The translations under genes were made by a program, and so were the position numbers. This document shows positions 17,455 to 28,639 of a DNA stretch of 36,891 nt, piece by piece. Under the pieces are notes generated by a model. It searched no databases. It was not told the DNA's origin and saw only the letters and a list, made by a program, of their open reading frames with translations. Origin of the DNA: Bacteroidales bacterium (GTDB taxonomy: Bacteria; Bacteroidota; Bacteroidia; Bacteroidales; CAIWKO01); NCBI GenBank assembly GCA_035389045.1, contig DAOORA010000044.1, positions 1-36,891 of the forward strand, in the 5' to 3' direction. Numbering within the stretch: position 1 is the stretch's first letter; each line of letters begins with the position of its first letter.

Positions 17455-20283
17455 CTAAAGCAGTTTATCTTTCAGGTACTTTGCTGTATAAGAATCTTTA
17501 CAAGCAAGCATGTCTTCGGGAGTGCCTTCAAACACCACATAACCTCCTTCGTTGCCTCCTTCGGGGCCAAGGTCTATCAGCCAGTCGGCACACTTGATCA
17601 GTTCCATATTATGCTCGATCACCACGATCGTATGGCCATTATCTATAAGTGCAGTAAAGGCATCGTACAATTTGTGTATATCATGGAAGTGCAGGCCTGT
17701 GGTGGGTTCGTCGAAAATAAACATGGTGGGCTTGTCAAAGCTGCCTTTCGACAGGTAGCTGGCTAATTTAAGCCGTTGTGCTTCGCCGCCGCTGAGTGTG
17801 CTTGATGGCTGGCCGAGTTTGACATAACCCAGTCCTACATCAGCCAGAGGCTTCAGTTTATTGATGATATGTGCCTCGGCAGAATTACGTTTACCCTGAC
17901 TGTCGAAAAATTCCAGCGCTTCATCAATGGTCATGTCGAGCACCTCGCTGATATTTTTTCCGTTCCAGGTAATTTCAAGTACTTCGTCCTTGAACCTTTT
18001 ACCACCGCAGCTTTCGCAAACCAGCTCGATATCTGCCATGAACTGCATTTCTATGCTTACAAAGCCATCGCCCTGACATTCTTCGCACCGCCCGCCGGGG
18101 ATGTTGAACGAGAAATAACCGGGCTTAAAGCCTCTCAATTTGGAGAGTTTTTGTTCGGCAAACAGGCTGCGGATCTCGTCATACGCCTTGATATAGGTTA
18201 CCGGGTTTGACCGGGAAGACTTTCCGATGGGATTCTGGTCTACATATTCAATATTTCCGATACTATCTATGTTCCCGTTCAGTTTTATGTGTTTGCCTGT
18301 TTTTTCTGAGTAGCCGCCATATATCTTTCTTAAAGCGGTATACAGCGTTTGTTTTACCAGGGTGGTTTTTCCCGAGCCGCTCACTCCGGTGACCACCGTC
18401 AGAACATTGAGAGGAAATTTTACAGAGATTTTTTTCAGGTTGTTCTCATGGGCGCCGCAGACTTCAACAAATTGTTTCCATGGCCTGCGAAACTTTGGCA
18501 AGGGGATGGATGTGGACTTATTAAGGTATCTGGATGTCAGTGACGAGGGGAAGTTTAGCAGTTCGCTGCAGGTCCCCTGAAATACCACTTCTCCTCCGTG
18601 AATACCTGCCATGGGGCCGATATCCACGATCTGGTCGGAGGATTTCATGATCTCTTCGTCGTGTTCCACAACAATGACCGTATTCCCGATGTTCCTCAGA
18701 CGTTTCAGCACGATGATCAGACGGGCGTTGTCGCGAGGATGCAGGCCTATGCTGGGTTCATCAAGGATATACATCGATCCTACCAGGCTGCTCCCCAGCG
18801 CAGTGGCCAGGTTGATACGTTGGGACTCACCGCCCGACAGCGAGTTGGAAGCACGGTTCAGCGTCAAATATCCCAGGCCCACATCGGTAAGAAACTGTAG
18901 GCGGGCATGGATCTCAATAAGGATTCTTTTTGCCACCTGCCTTTCGTAATCGTTTAGTTCAATGTTGTTAAAGAAATGCTGAACGTCTTTTACCGGCATC
19001 AATACGATATCAATAATTGATTTTCCGTTAATTTTTACAAACGAAGCATCTTTACGCAGGCGTGTCCCTTTGCAGTCGGGACAAATGGTCTTGCCGCGGT
19101 AACGGGCAAGCATCACGCGGTATTGTATCTTGTAGGTCTGGGTTTCGACGTATTTGAAGAAATCGCTGATGCCACCAAAATATTCATTGCCTTTCCAGAG
19201 CAGTTCTTTATGTTCATCCGACAATTCCATATAGGGTTTGTGTATTGGGAAGTCGAATTTATATGCATTTTTTATCAGTTGGTCTTTCCATTCGCTCATT
19301 TTCTCACCTTTCCAGCAGGCCACAGCATCTTCATAGATGGACAATGTCTTATTCGGAATGACCAGGTCTTCGTCAATGCCGATAATGCTGCCGAAACCTT
19401 CGCATACTTTACAGGCGCCATAAGGATTGTTGAATGTAAAAAGATTGACAGAGGGTTCTTCAAAGGTCATCCCGTCGAGTTCAAATTTGTCAGAGAATGC
19501 ATGTTGGTCGCGGTTTTCGTGGTGTTCAGCAATAACTATGCATTGTCCGCCTCCTTCATAAAAGGCAGTCTGTACCGAGTCGGTTATGCGGTCGCGGTTG
19601 TTGATGGTGTCGGCGTTGATCCGGATGCGGTCAACCACAATGTTTGCCTGGGTCCTGGCACTTAACTTTTTACCGCTTTCCTTAAAGGCATCAATGGTCA
19701 TGATCTCGCCCTGAATGTCTAAGCGACGGAATCCCTGTTGATGTAAGAACTTAAGCTGTTCATCAGCGGTACGCCTGCTGTGGACTAACAGCGGGCATTC
19801 CACATAGACCAGGTCGTCCTGTTCCCGGCCGAGAATGTGATCCACGATATCCGTAATGCTGTCTTTGCGGACTATGTTTCCCGAAACGGGAGAATAGGTC
19901 TGGCCTATCCTTGCAAAAAGCAGTTTGAGGTAATCATAGATTTCTGTAGATGTTCCGACTGTGGAGCGCGGGTTATGCGTCTTTATTTTTTGTTCAATGG
20001 CGATAGCCGGCGAAATACCTTTTATATAATCAACTTCAGGTTTGGGCATACGTCCCAGAAACTGACGTGCATAAGAACTAAGGCTTTCGACATACCTGCG
20101 CTGGCCTTCGGCATAAAGGGTGTCAAAAGCCAGCGATGATTTTCCCGATCCCGACAGTCCTGTGATAACGATCAGCTTGTTTCGGGGGAGAGCAAGGCTT
20201 ATATGTTTCAGGTTATGAACGCGTGCGTTTTTTATTATTATGTATTCCTTTGGACTTAGTTTATCAACATCAGGAGGATTCAT
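17455..20283 (-). CDS. uvrA: Excinuclease ABC subunit A
   Basis: [28 protein letters not shown], two ABC cassettes (LSGGE), Zn-finger CxxC motifs. Confidence 0.97.
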   Translation of the reverse strand: MNPPDVDKLSPKEYIIIKNARVHNLKHISLALPRNKLIVITGLSGSGKSSLAFDTLYAEGQRRYVESLSSYARQFLGRMPKPEVDYIKGISPAIAIEQKIKTHNPRSTVGTSTEIYDYLKLLFARIGQTYSPVSGNIVRKDSITDIVDHILGREQDDLVYVECPLLVHSRRTADEQLKFLHQQGFRRLDIQGEIMTIDAFKESGKKLSARTQANIVVDRIRINADTINNRDRITDSVQTAFYEGGGQCIVIAEHHENRDQHAFSDKFELDGMTFEEPSVNLFTFNNPYGACKVCEGFGSIIGIDEDLVIPNKTLSIYEDAVACWKGEKMSEWKDQLIKNAYKFDFPIHKPYMELSDEHKELLWKGNEYFGGISDFFKYVETQTYKIQYRVMLARYRGKTICPDCKGTRLRKDASFVKINGKSIIDIVLMPVKDVQHFFNNIELNDYERQVAKRILIEIHARLQFLTDVGLGYLTLNRASNSLSGGESQRINLATALGSSLVGSMYILDEPSIGLHPRDNARLIIVLKRLRNIGNTVIVVEHDEEIMKSSDQIVDIGPMAGIHGGEVVFQGTCSELLNFPSSLTSRYLNKSTSIPLPKFRRPWKQFVEVCGAHENNLKKISVKFPLNVLTVVTGVSGSGKTTLVKQTLYTALRKIYGGYSEKTGKHIKLNGNIDSIGNIEYVDQNPIGKSSRSNPVTYIKAYDEIRSLFAEQKLSKLRGFKPGYFSFNIPGGRCEECQGDGFVSIEMQFMADIELVCESCGGKRFKDEVLEITWNGKNISEVLDMTIDEALEFFDSQGKRNSAEAHIINKLKPLADVGLGYVKLGQPSSTLSGGEAQRLKLASYLSKGSFDKPTMFIFDEPTTGLHFHDIHKLYDAFTALIDNGHTIVVIEHNMELIKCADWLIDLGPEGGNEGGYVVFEGTPEDMLACKDSYTAKYLKDKLL

Positions 20284-20341
20284 TTGAAAACATTTAAATA
20301 TCTTAAAAAATCTTAATTTTTATCAAAATTATAAAATAAGT

Positions 20342-20373
20342 CTTGCATTGTGAATAAAATTTGTTTATCTTTG
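20342..20373 (+). promoter_or_regulatory. Primary-sigma promoter upstream of the ECF sigma gene
   Basis: TTG at about 20343 and TATCTTTG at 20366-20373, about 20-nt spacing. Confidence 0.55.
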
Positions 20374-20508
20374 TACAAATTTTTGGTCGTAAAACTACTA
20401 ATTTTCATTTCATCGTTAGTTTATTATTCTTTAACCTAATCTGGAGGGCATTTATCGGATAAAACATTTACCTTGACAATTTTAATGTAATTAAAAAAGG
20501 AGGTAAAT

Positions 20509-21093
20509 ATGTCCCTTCAATCAGCCAGCGATCAGGCTTTAATAGATAGTTATTTATCGGGTAAGCATTCAAGTCTCGAAGTTCTTATACACCGTCATAA
20601 AAAAAGAGTATACACTTATATCCTGATGGTAGTCAAGGATTCGCACCTTGCGGAGGATATTTTTCAGGATACTTTTGTGAAGGTGGTTAATACCCTGAGA
20701 ACAGGTGCTTACAAAGAAGAAGGAAAGTTTCTTCAATGGGTGATGCGCATAGCTCATAACCTTATTATTGATCATTTCAGAAAATCCAAACGAATACCCA
20801 TAGTTGAAAATAATGACGAGTTTGATATTTTCGACTCTATAAAGATCCTTGATGATTCTATAGAGGATAAGATTGTTCATGAGCAGATCAACAATGATGT
20901 CCGTTCACTGATCGAATACCTTCCGGCGGAGCAGAAAGAGGTACTCATCATGAGGCATTATTATGATATGAGTTTTAAGGATATAGCCGAATCCACCAAT
21001 GTCAGTATCAACACGGCACTGGGCAGGATGCGCTATGCTTTGATAAATCTCCGCAAATTGATCGAGCAGAAAGAGCTGATACTTACTGCGTAG
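20509..21093 (+). CDS. RNA polymerase sigma-70 factor, ECF subfamily
   Basis: AEDIFQDTFVK, WVMRIAHNLIIDHFRK, region 4 MSFKDIAE...SINTALGRMRYAL. Confidence 0.93.
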   Translation: MSLQSASDQALIDSYLSGKHSSLEVLIHRHKKRVYTYILMVVKDSHLAEDIFQDTFVKVVNTLRTGAYKEEGKFLQWVMRIAHNLIIDHFRKSKRIPIVENNDEFDIFDSIKILDDSIEDKIVHEQINNDVRSLIEYLPAEQKEVLIMRHYYDMSFKDIAESTNVSINTALGRMRYALINLRKLIEQKELILTA

Positions 21094-21109
21094 TTTTTCT
21101 CCCGGATTA

Positions 21110-21571
21110 CTGACTGATATTATCCGATTGTACAGAAATTTTTTCTTTCAATAACTACCGGCATCTCATCCCTGCTGTTGATTGTTCTTTGGCGATGAAC
21201 GAACGACTTCTTCTGATTGCCCGGTACATAAAGGCCAATACCTCTACACCGTGAGATTCCATTATGGAGGTTATTTCTGAAGTTTCCCGGTCCCTTATTT
21301 ATTAGATTTCACTCCAGCTGGCGCATCCTCTACCGCTTTCCTTTTTCATGAACTATTTCCCGGGAAAAAAAATCACCGGTAATACAGACAACGATATAAT
21401 TCGTCTTTATACCGCCGAAAAACCCTTTTTCTGATTTGTACTGGCGAAACAATGCTGTATTTCATTTTCTATATACCAGGTTTATGTGTGGCAGTATTGT
21501 CCTTCAGTTATCTCATGAATTTCTGGATTTCTAACTTCGTTTGTGACCGTGATGTAAGTGTTCTTTTTCAT
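21110..21571 (-). pseudogene. Probable decayed gene for an uncharacterised ~150-aa protein
   Basis: ATG at 21571 gives MKKNTYITV...CHT*TWYIENEIQHCFASTNQKKGFFGGIKTNYIVVCIT, then after frameshifts ...ETSEITSIMESHGVEVLAFMYRAIRRSRSFIAK. Protein-like but interrupted. Confidence 0.35.
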
Positions 21572-21680
21572 GAACTGATTATTTCCTTAAACATAACAAT
21601 AAATTTTATAGTCTCTCACCAGGCGGGGAAATGTTTTATTCTCTAGGTAATACGTTGGCCTAAGGGAAGAAATCCGGGGT

Positions 21681-24092
21681 TCATTCATCAAAGTCAAACT
21701 GCTGCATACGCCGTTTTTCTTCTTTTTTCTTCATGCCGAAATTATACCGGACATTGATACCAAAGCGCTGATTATCAGTGTAACGGTCGCCGTACGTATG
21801 AAAGGACCCCTGATCGAGTTCAAAACGGGTTTTCATGGTACGGAGCAAATCACGGGCATTTACCGAGATGTTCAGGCGGTTGTTTAGCAACGACTGGCTG
21901 ATGGTTATGTTAAGCTGTCCAAAGTTCTTAAGGTTATAAAAGTTCTGTTGCCCGTTGACCATCATGAATCCGAACACCGTGATGCGTGTGTTTTTCCAAA
22001 GCGTAAGCGAATGAAAGGTGAACAGGCGCCAGCTATCTCTGCTGTATGTAAAAGGCTCATTCTCATAGAAACCGTCATAATGGTTGTGGTTGTACTGGGC
22101 TCCCAGGGCAAAAAAATACCTGCTCCCGGGCGGTATGCCTACAGTCAGCCTCATATAGGTTTCTGTATTTTTTCCCAGGTTATCATACGTCTTCACTGCC
22201 ATACCCGGTCTGACGGGGTCTTTGTAAGTCACCTCTGAAAAGATGTCCCTGGTAAAATTCTGTCCGAAAGCTATGATGGGCGTATCTTCGTAGCTCAGGT
22301 TTATCTCATAATTATCTGTGATTTGGGGTTTGAGTGCCGGGTTACCTTTTTCGCAGAGGAACTCATCCACAAATTTCGTGTACGGGTTCAGCATTTGGTA
22401 CCCGGGGCGGTTGATGGTTCTCCTGTAAATGAGGTATCCTTTCATCTCTGCCTTGAAGATCTTTATCAGCGGTCTGCTGACATATATGTAAGGAAACCAG
22501 TCGGCACGGCTGATGAGAAAACTGGTATCCAGAGGCACCGACTGATGTCCGTCCATGTATGTATGTTCCATCCTCACGCCGGCTTTTACTACCAGTGATT
22601 TACCGAAAGTTTTTGAAGCCTGAAAATAGGCTGCATTGATATTTTCGCGGAACAGAAACTCATTTGTACGCGACATGTCCGGTGTCAGGGTGTCGTTATA
22701 CCTGCTGAAGTAATCAGCGTCGCTGTAATAGTCCTGGTATGAACTTTTGATCCCTGTCTCCAGCTTGATCCGTTGAGGCAGCTGATAGGTGAGGTCGGAT
22801 TGAAGAATAATGAAATGTCTTCGCTGCAGGTTATCTCCTTCACCTTCCGTGAGCAGGATGAAAGGGGAGGAGTACTCCGTGCTGTATTCCTGAGAGTTGC
22901 TTCTATTATTATAGTTGTAGCTGAGCTTGGTATCAAGTTGCGATTCGCCAGTATCTATTTTCCAGATCATGCCGAGGTCCTGCTGGATATTGACCGACCG
23001 GGTGTTCTGATTTGTTGTGTAAAAGCTTTGGGCAAGCAGGGTTTCTGTCAGATCGCTGATTTCATTACCGTTTTTTGTTTTCGATTCGGTGAAGCCTGCG
23101 TTGACACGACCGTCGTAGGTCAGGTTGATTTTGTCGCCCGCATCATACGAGATGCCGTAGCCAAGATACGCCTGATGGCCCTGATCCCGGGTTCTTACAG
23201 CCTGGTAGAGGTTCGTGTCCGAAACCAGCTCTCTGACCACATGCTGGTCTGCAACCCTGTCGTTATGGTTGTAGTTGGTATTAACATAAAAGGTGCTTTT
23301 TTCGTTGCTGCTATTAATAGTAAACCCGGCGAACTGGTTCCCGTAAAATCCCTGGTTCATGCCGGCGCTGACCGAGCCGAAACGTCCGAGTTTCACACCT
23401 TTCTTCAGCACGATATTGATAATACCGCCCGAACCTGAAGCATCGTATTTGGTGGACGGGGTGCGCATCACTTCGATCTGCTGCACGCTGTTCGGGGGAA
23501 GGCTGCGCAGCAGGGTGGAGATATCCTGGTTGCTCATCTTCTGTTCCCTGCCGTTGATATATATAGCGGCTGTGGAGGTGCCCGACAGGTAGATGCCTCC
23601 GTCCTGATCTACATATAAGCCCGGCGTCTTTTCAAGCACCTCCAGGGTGTTGGTACTCGAGTTAACCAATGGCATAGGGTCGATGATCATCCTGTCCTCT
23701 TCCTGCCTGATCAGGGGGCGCCTGGCTTCAATAGTGACTTCGCCCAGCGAAACGGCATCAGGCTTCAGGCGGAAATCGAAACTCCTCTCGTTATCCCTTA
23801 CCATGACAGTCTCTGAAGTTGTTTTATATCCGAGGTAACTCATTTTGATCACAAAGAGCGTACTCTCAATGCCGTCAAATTTTGCTACGCCGTTCTGGTC
23901 CGTGGCATTATATTTTACTGAAGAATCTGAAACACACATCATCTGCACAGCAGCACCGGGTAGACCTTTCTTATCGGAACCTCTCACCTTCACCGTGACC
24001 GTCTGTGCAAACCCCGTGGTGTTACATAATAAAAGAAGGAAGAAAAGATTACAGATTATTTTTAGTGGTGTACGCATCCGTGTTTTAATCAA
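21681..24092 (-). CDS. TonB-dependent-receptor-like outer membrane beta-barrel protein (CarboxypepD_reg + plug + OMP_b-brl_3 type)
   Basis: Signal peptide; plug EVLEKTPGLYVD...IEVMRTPSTKYDASGSGGIINIVLKK; barrel RRTINRPGYQMLNP, GNPALKP, terminal VRYNFG. Confidence 0.88.
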   Translation of the reverse strand: MIKTRMRTPLKIICNLFFLLLLCNTTGFAQTVTVKVRGSDKKGLPGAAVQMMCVSDSSVKYNATDQNGVAKFDGIESTLFVIKMSYLGYKTTSETVMVRDNERSFDFRLKPDAVSLGEVTIEARRPLIRQEEDRMIIDPMPLVNSSTNTLEVLEKTPGLYVDQDGGIYLSGTSTAAIYINGREQKMSNQDISTLLRSLPPNSVQQIEVMRTPSTKYDASGSGGIINIVLKKGVKLGRFGSVSAGMNQGFYGNQFAGFTINSSNEKSTFYVNTNYNHNDRVADQHVVRELVSDTNLYQAVRTRDQGHQAYLGYGISYDAGDKINLTYDGRVNAGFTESKTKNGNEISDLTETLLAQSFYTTNQNTRSVNIQQDLGMIWKIDTGESQLDTKLSYNYNNRSNSQEYSTEYSSPFILLTEGEGDNLQRRHFIILQSDLTYQLPQRIKLETGIKSSYQDYYSDADYFSRYNDTLTPDMSRTNEFLFRENINAAYFQASKTFGKSLVVKAGVRMEHTYMDGHQSVPLDTSFLISRADWFPYIYVSRPLIKIFKAEMKGYLIYRRTINRPGYQMLNPYTKFVDEFLCEKGNPALKPQITDNYEINLSYEDTPIIAFGQNFTRDIFSEVTYKDPVRPGMAVKTYDNLGKNTETYMRLTVGIPPGSRYFFALGAQYNHNHYDGFYENEPFTYSRDSWRLFTFHSLTLWKNTRITVFGFMMVNGQQNFYNLKNFGQLNITISQSLLNNRLNISVNARDLLRTMKTRFELDQGSFHTYGDRYTDNQRFGINVRYNFGMKKKEEKRRMQQFDFDE

Positions 24093-24518
24093 CTTGAGAA
24101 ACGCTTCAATTGTTTATCGTCAAATAATATTCAGTATTCCCAGCCTTACTAAACCTCCATATGGGTTTCGAAGCCGAACGGTTGGTATCAAAAATTCATC
24201 CCTTTAAAGTTCACACTTTCTTTCCTGCCGAAATGTTCTATATGCAGGTAACATAAGTCATTTTTTGAATGTTCAGTGCAACTTTGCATTTTTATATCAG
24301 AAATAGTCAAACAAAAGTAAACTATAAATTCAAAACATTTTTCAGGTCTTTTGGGATCTCCCGGGTTATAGTTTCTATATACTTTCTTTACTAAACGGAA
24401 CAAATTAATTTACACTACAATAACGGAATTATTCACGGAAAATTATTTTTATCTGATTTACAATAACTAAAAACAATGTCCGTTATTCTAATAGTCAAAT
24501 AAAACCAATTAACCGCCT

Positions 24519-24785
24519 ATGAATAAAGCCTTAACTCTTGAAGAAATTTTACTTTACACTTATGGAGATCCCTGCGAAACGCCTGATGCCGATATTGAAA
24601 ACATGCTGGAAACCGAAAAATTACTGAATGAAGAATTTCAGCATCTCAATCAAACCAGGCAAATCATTGATGAAAGCATGGTCGATCCTCCCGATTCCAT
24701 AGTGAGTAAAATTGTTGCTTACTCAAATGCGCTCACGATATTAAACATATCAGAGCCTGATTTGAGATGTATCCTGAAAAATTAA
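24519..24785 (+). CDS. Small conserved hypothetical protein, anti-sigma-N-terminal-like
   Basis: EEILLYTYGD...IENML....LNEEF..L......D.....PPDSIVSKIVAYS pattern, like the small gene that follows this ECF sigma in Bacteroidota (from recall). Confidence 0.65.
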   Translation: MNKALTLEEILLYTYGDPCETPDADIENMLETEKLLNEEFQHLNQTRQIIDESMVDPPDSIVSKIVAYSNALTILNISEPDLRCILKN

Positions 24786-24789
24786 TCTG

Positions 24790-24818
24790 AAAGCCCCTGC
24801 AAAACAGGGGCTTTTATT
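24790..24818 (+). terminator. Rho-independent terminator
   Basis: AAAGCCCCTG-caaaa-CAGGGGCTTT followed by T-rich sequence. Confidence 0.75.
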
Positions 24819-24841
24819 TATTTTTGTTTTTTATTGAGATT

Positions 24842-25483
24842 ATGATTTCAAAAAAGCAACGCTACGAATATTTTATTAAATATTTTGCAAAACATCAGCC
24901 ACAAGCCGATACGGAGCTTGTTTACACCGATCCATATCAGTTGCTGGTCGCTGTTATTTTATCGGCTCAATGCACCGATAAGAGAGTGAATCTGATAACT
25001 CCGGCATTTTTTGAACGATTTCCTGATGCAGAAACTTTGTCAACGGCCACGGTATCTCAGGTTTATGAACTGATTAAAAGTTGTTCGTATCCCAATAATA
25101 AGGCGAAAAATATACTGGGAATGGCCGTAAAACTGGTTAACGATTTCGGAGGTGTGGTACCTGATACTGTTGACGATCTTCAGAAACTTCCGGGTGTGGG
25201 CCGTAAGACGGCTAATGTTATAGCTTCGGTGGTGTTCAAAAAACCTGCTATGGCTGTGGACACCCATGTGTTCAGGGTATCAGCCCGTATCGGGTTGACC
25301 GTGAATGCCAAAAATCCTTTGGAAACCGAGAGGCAACTGGTGAGCCATATACCCGAAAAACATATTGCTGTGGCACATCACTGGCTGATACTGCACGGGA
25401 GGTATATTTGCCAGGCACGTAAGCCATTGTGTGAAAATTGCGGAGTCACTGAAATATGTAAATATTACCTGGCAAAAAAATAG
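24842..25483 (+). CDS. nth: Endonuclease III
   Basis: LLVAVILSAQCTDKRVN, HhH LPGVGRKTAN, AVDTHV, 4Fe-4S C-x6-C-x2-C-x5-C. Start placed at ATG 24842. Confidence 0.96.
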   Translation: MISKKQRYEYFIKYFAKHQPQADTELVYTDPYQLLVAVILSAQCTDKRVNLITPAFFERFPDAETLSTATVSQVYELIKSCSYPNNKAKNILGMAVKLVNDFGGVVPDTVDDLQKLPGVGRKTANVIASVVFKKPAMAVDTHVFRVSARIGLTVNAKNPLETERQLVSHIPEKHIAVAHHWLILHGRYICQARKPLCENCGVTEICKYYLAKK

Positions 25484-25584
25484 AATACAATTTTCCGGTT
25501 GCCACAGGGCAATGTCGTACAACCGTTACTGGCAAATGCCGGAGATAAAAGAAAATCAATACGCGGACTAAAAAAAAGTTTTAT

Positions 25585-25923
25585 ATGATCACTGATTATT
25601 TCAAAGATATCAATATTGCTGTTACCATTTGCAGCGAAGACGGTACGATAGTTTATATGAATGAGAAATCTGCAGCCACGTTCCGTAAACAGGGCGGTAT
25701 GGACCTCATCGGAAAAAATATTCTGGATTGCCACCCGGAACCTGCCAGAAGCAGACTTGGCAAAATGCTGATCACCCATGAAACGAATTCCTATACCATT
25801 GAAAAGAACGGCGTTAAAAAACTCATATACCAGGTGCCGAGGTTTGAGGACAATGTGTTTAAAGGGTACATGGAATTATCCCTGGAAATTCCATTTGAAA
25901 TGCCTCATTTTGTGAGGAAATAA
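25585..25923 (+). CDS. Stand-alone PAS-domain protein
   Basis: AVTICSEDGTIVYMNE...DLIGKNILDCHP...YTIEKNGVKKLIYQ.P. Confidence 0.85.
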   Translation: MITDYFKDINIAVTICSEDGTIVYMNEKSAATFRKQGGMDLIGKNILDCHPEPARSRLGKMLITHETNSYTIEKNGVKKLIYQVPRFEDNVFKGYMELSLEIPFEMPHFVRK

Positions 25924-25924
25924 A

Positions 25925-28459
25925 TCAGTTCATTATTACAATTTTTTTTGTCGAGCTTCCTTTCACGCCGAAAACTTTAAGAAAGTAAGTACCTGGCGCC
26001 ATATCAGAAACATCGATGCAGGTCTGCAAAGAGTTTTTGTCCGGACTTACCTGTTTTGTAAGGGTGCCGGCAATATTAAACAGTTTTATATCTTTAACAG
26101 GCGATGTTGACGGGTCAAAGATAATATTCAGTAATTTTCCTGCAGGGTTCGGGCTGACATTGAAATTTAAAGAGGGTTCATTTTCAGTTATGCCGATGCA
26201 GTTATAAAGCGGGCCTTCCCATAAACCTCTTCCGTAAGTGGCAGCTCTTATCATCCCTGTGGCGTAGTTAATTTCAAGTTCATATACTTTTACGTTCGGC
26301 AGGTCGAAATTATAGGGTATCCAGTCAGGCATGGCAGAATTTTTATAGAAAACCCCGGTCTCGGTGCCAAGGTAAAGTCCATCATTGGCATTTTTCTGGT
26401 AGGCAATGCAATTGAATCCCATGCTGGTCAGATTTCCAGTGATGTCTGTAAAAGTACTTCCGGCATTATCCGAATAAAGCACTTTGTCGCCGTAATAAGA
26501 GTTTAGGGTAAGCCATACCCTCGAAGGGTTGTACGGGTCGACAGCAATACCCGTGATATACATTTCAGGCATGGGATTATAAGTAGTCCAGCCTGAACCG
26601 CCATCGACCGAAACATATAAGTATTCGTCTTCAGAAGCATAAATATAATTGCTGTTGGAAGGTGCAACCGCAAGCCGGTCAATATTAAAACCATTGGTCA
26701 GGTTGTTTGACAATTGAACCCATGAAGCCGCGCCGTCGGTGGTTTTATAAATGTCCTGAAAACCTGCAAACAACACCTGGTTATAATCAGGTGTCATAAC
26801 ATAAGGGGTTACCCAGCTGCCTTTAATGGAATCATTGGGCCTGGCATCAAAAAAATTAATTCCGCCATCGGTGGATTTCATGATTCCGCCTCCCTGATAA
26901 GAAATATATATGGTTTGGGTATTGAAATTATCTATAATAGTTTCCATCCCGTCTGCCCCGTAAACATGCGTCCATTGGCCGTTCTTCATTATATTTGATC
27001 CGATGTCCTGCGCTCCGGCGGCTATAGTGTAAGGCTCCGACTCGCAGCTGCCCATGCGGTAAAACTGTGCAATTCCCAGACCTGTACTCAGGTCAACCCA
27101 ACTGTTTCCATGGTCGGCCGTATAGAAAATACCGCCGTCGCTGCCGCAATAAAGGGTGTCGCCATAAAAGTTCAGCGAATGTATGTCGCAGTGGATATAC
27201 GTATATGGGCTTCCCGTGTACCACATTGTGTTTACTTCAAAACTCAAACCACCGTTCAGGGACTTCCATACATTGATGCCGCCGACATAGATTTCATCGG
27301 CGTTACCGGGCGAAGCCGCTATGGCCAGATCATACCAGCCCTGCCCGGCGTCGTCATCGCCCAGGTCGGAGTATCCCAGTATATTGGGTGCATTACAGCG
27401 CAGTTGAAACGTTTGTCCGCCGTCGGTGGAACGGTATACGCCTTCAAAAGTGTCGTCGGGACGCGAAACAACCACATATACATAATCCGGATTGGCCGCT
27501 GTTACATCAAATTCAATCCTTACTGTATCATAAGGCAGCGTGGTCATGTGCCGGACGAAAGAGTTGCCGCCATCGGCAGAGCGAACAAAATAGGCTCCGC
27601 TGCCATAGATGACACTGGTATCGTTGGGTTTATATTTCAGATCTTTCACCTCGCTGCCCGGGTATATGATCTGCCATGATGCCCCGCCATTCCTGGAACG
27701 GTAAATGCCGTTGGTGGTGGCAGCAAACATTTTGTTCGGATTTATAGGGTTTATAAGGATTTTGTTAATGTTCATGTCCGAACTGCCGATGTTGAGGCCG
27801 CCGGGTACCCATGTTGCCCCTCCGTTGGTTGATTTGTAGATGCCTGAACCTTTCGTATTCCAGGCATCACGGTCGCCGGTACCGATGTAAATTATGTTGG
27901 GATACACGGGATGTATGGCAATGGCCGATGTCCCCAGCACAGCCATCGTGTCAAAGGTGGTATTCCATGACATGCCACCGTCTTTGGTGATCCATATCCC
28001 GCCCGAAGGAGCGGCAACATAAATGTTATCGCGATTGCTCATATCCACATTAACAGCATTCAGCCGGCCGTTACCGGGATTATAACCGCTGTATCCGTTG
28101 GTCCATGAGTTTAATCCAAGAGGTGTCCACATGGCTCCTGATTTTGCTTTGTTTTCGGACGGAATGTCTGAGAGGAACTTTTTATACTCCTGATAATATT
28201 TTACCGGACTGGGAATTATGCCGTCGGGATAGCATTTGGGTTCCATGTCATATTCCCAGCGTTTGAACTGTTTAAAACCTTTACCGCGGGTATAAGGTTT
28301 GTCGCCCCAATAGTTGTAAAAAGCTTTTTGTATATCGTAGAAATTCGCTTCGCTTTTGTCTTTTTCAAGAAATGGAGGCCGCATCCAGGGCTGTGAATAC
28401 GTATATGAAAAGCATGTGTGGATAATACATATAACAACGAATAGGATTAATTTATTCAT
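25925..28459 (-). CDS. T9SS-secreted Asp-box (BNR/VPS10-like) beta-propeller protein
   Basis: About 11 S/T-x-D/N-G-G-x-S/T-W/F boxes, KQFKRWE N-terminal motif, ATYGRGLW, CTD VSPNPA...GTYFLKV. Confidence 0.88.
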   Translation of the reverse strand: MNKLILFVVICIIHTCFSYTYSQPWMRPPFLEKDKSEANFYDIQKAFYNYWGDKPYTRGKGFKQFKRWEYDMEPKCYPDGIIPSPVKYYQEYKKFLSDIPSENKAKSGAMWTPLGLNSWTNGYSGYNPGNGRLNAVNVDMSNRDNIYVAAPSGGIWITKDGGMSWNTTFDTMAVLGTSAIAIHPVYPNIIYIGTGDRDAWNTKGSGIYKSTNGGATWVPGGLNIGSSDMNINKILINPINPNKMFAATTNGIYRSRNGGASWQIIYPGSEVKDLKYKPNDTSVIYGSGAYFVRSADGGNSFVRHMTTLPYDTVRIEFDVTAANPDYVYVVVSRPDDTFEGVYRSTDGGQTFQLRCNAPNILGYSDLGDDDAGQGWYDLAIAASPGNADEIYVGGINVWKSLNGGLSFEVNTMWYTGSPYTYIHCDIHSLNFYGDTLYCGSDGGIFYTADHGNSWVDLSTGLGIAQFYRMGSCESEPYTIAAGAQDIGSNIMKNGQWTHVYGADGMETIIDNFNTQTIYISYQGGGIMKSTDGGINFFDARPNDSIKGSWVTPYVMTPDYNQVLFAGFQDIYKTTDGAASWVQLSNNLTNGFNIDRLAVAPSNSNYIYASEDEYLYVSVDGGSGWTTYNPMPEMYITGIAVDPYNPSRVWLTLNSYYGDKVLYSDNAGSTFTDITGNLTSMGFNCIAYQKNANDGLYLGTETGVFYKNSAMPDWIPYNFDLPNVKVYELEINYATGMIRAATYGRGLWEGPLYNCIGITENEPSLNFNVSPNPAGKLLNIIFDPSTSPVKDIKLFNIAGTLTKQVSPDKNSLQTCIDVSDMAPGTYFLKVFGVKGSSTKKIVIMN

Positions 28460-28639
28460 GCGGGAAAGAATTTAATACAAAACTATGAATTAAAATACAC
28501 ATAAAAAGGTAATTAGGCATTATATTTTTTGAATTTATCATTTTTTTAAAAAAGGTGACTTATAAATATTTTGTAATGGTAATGTTTTCTATTGGGAAAT
28601 AGCATTTAACTTTGTCAGGAAATTTTTAAAATAATAATT

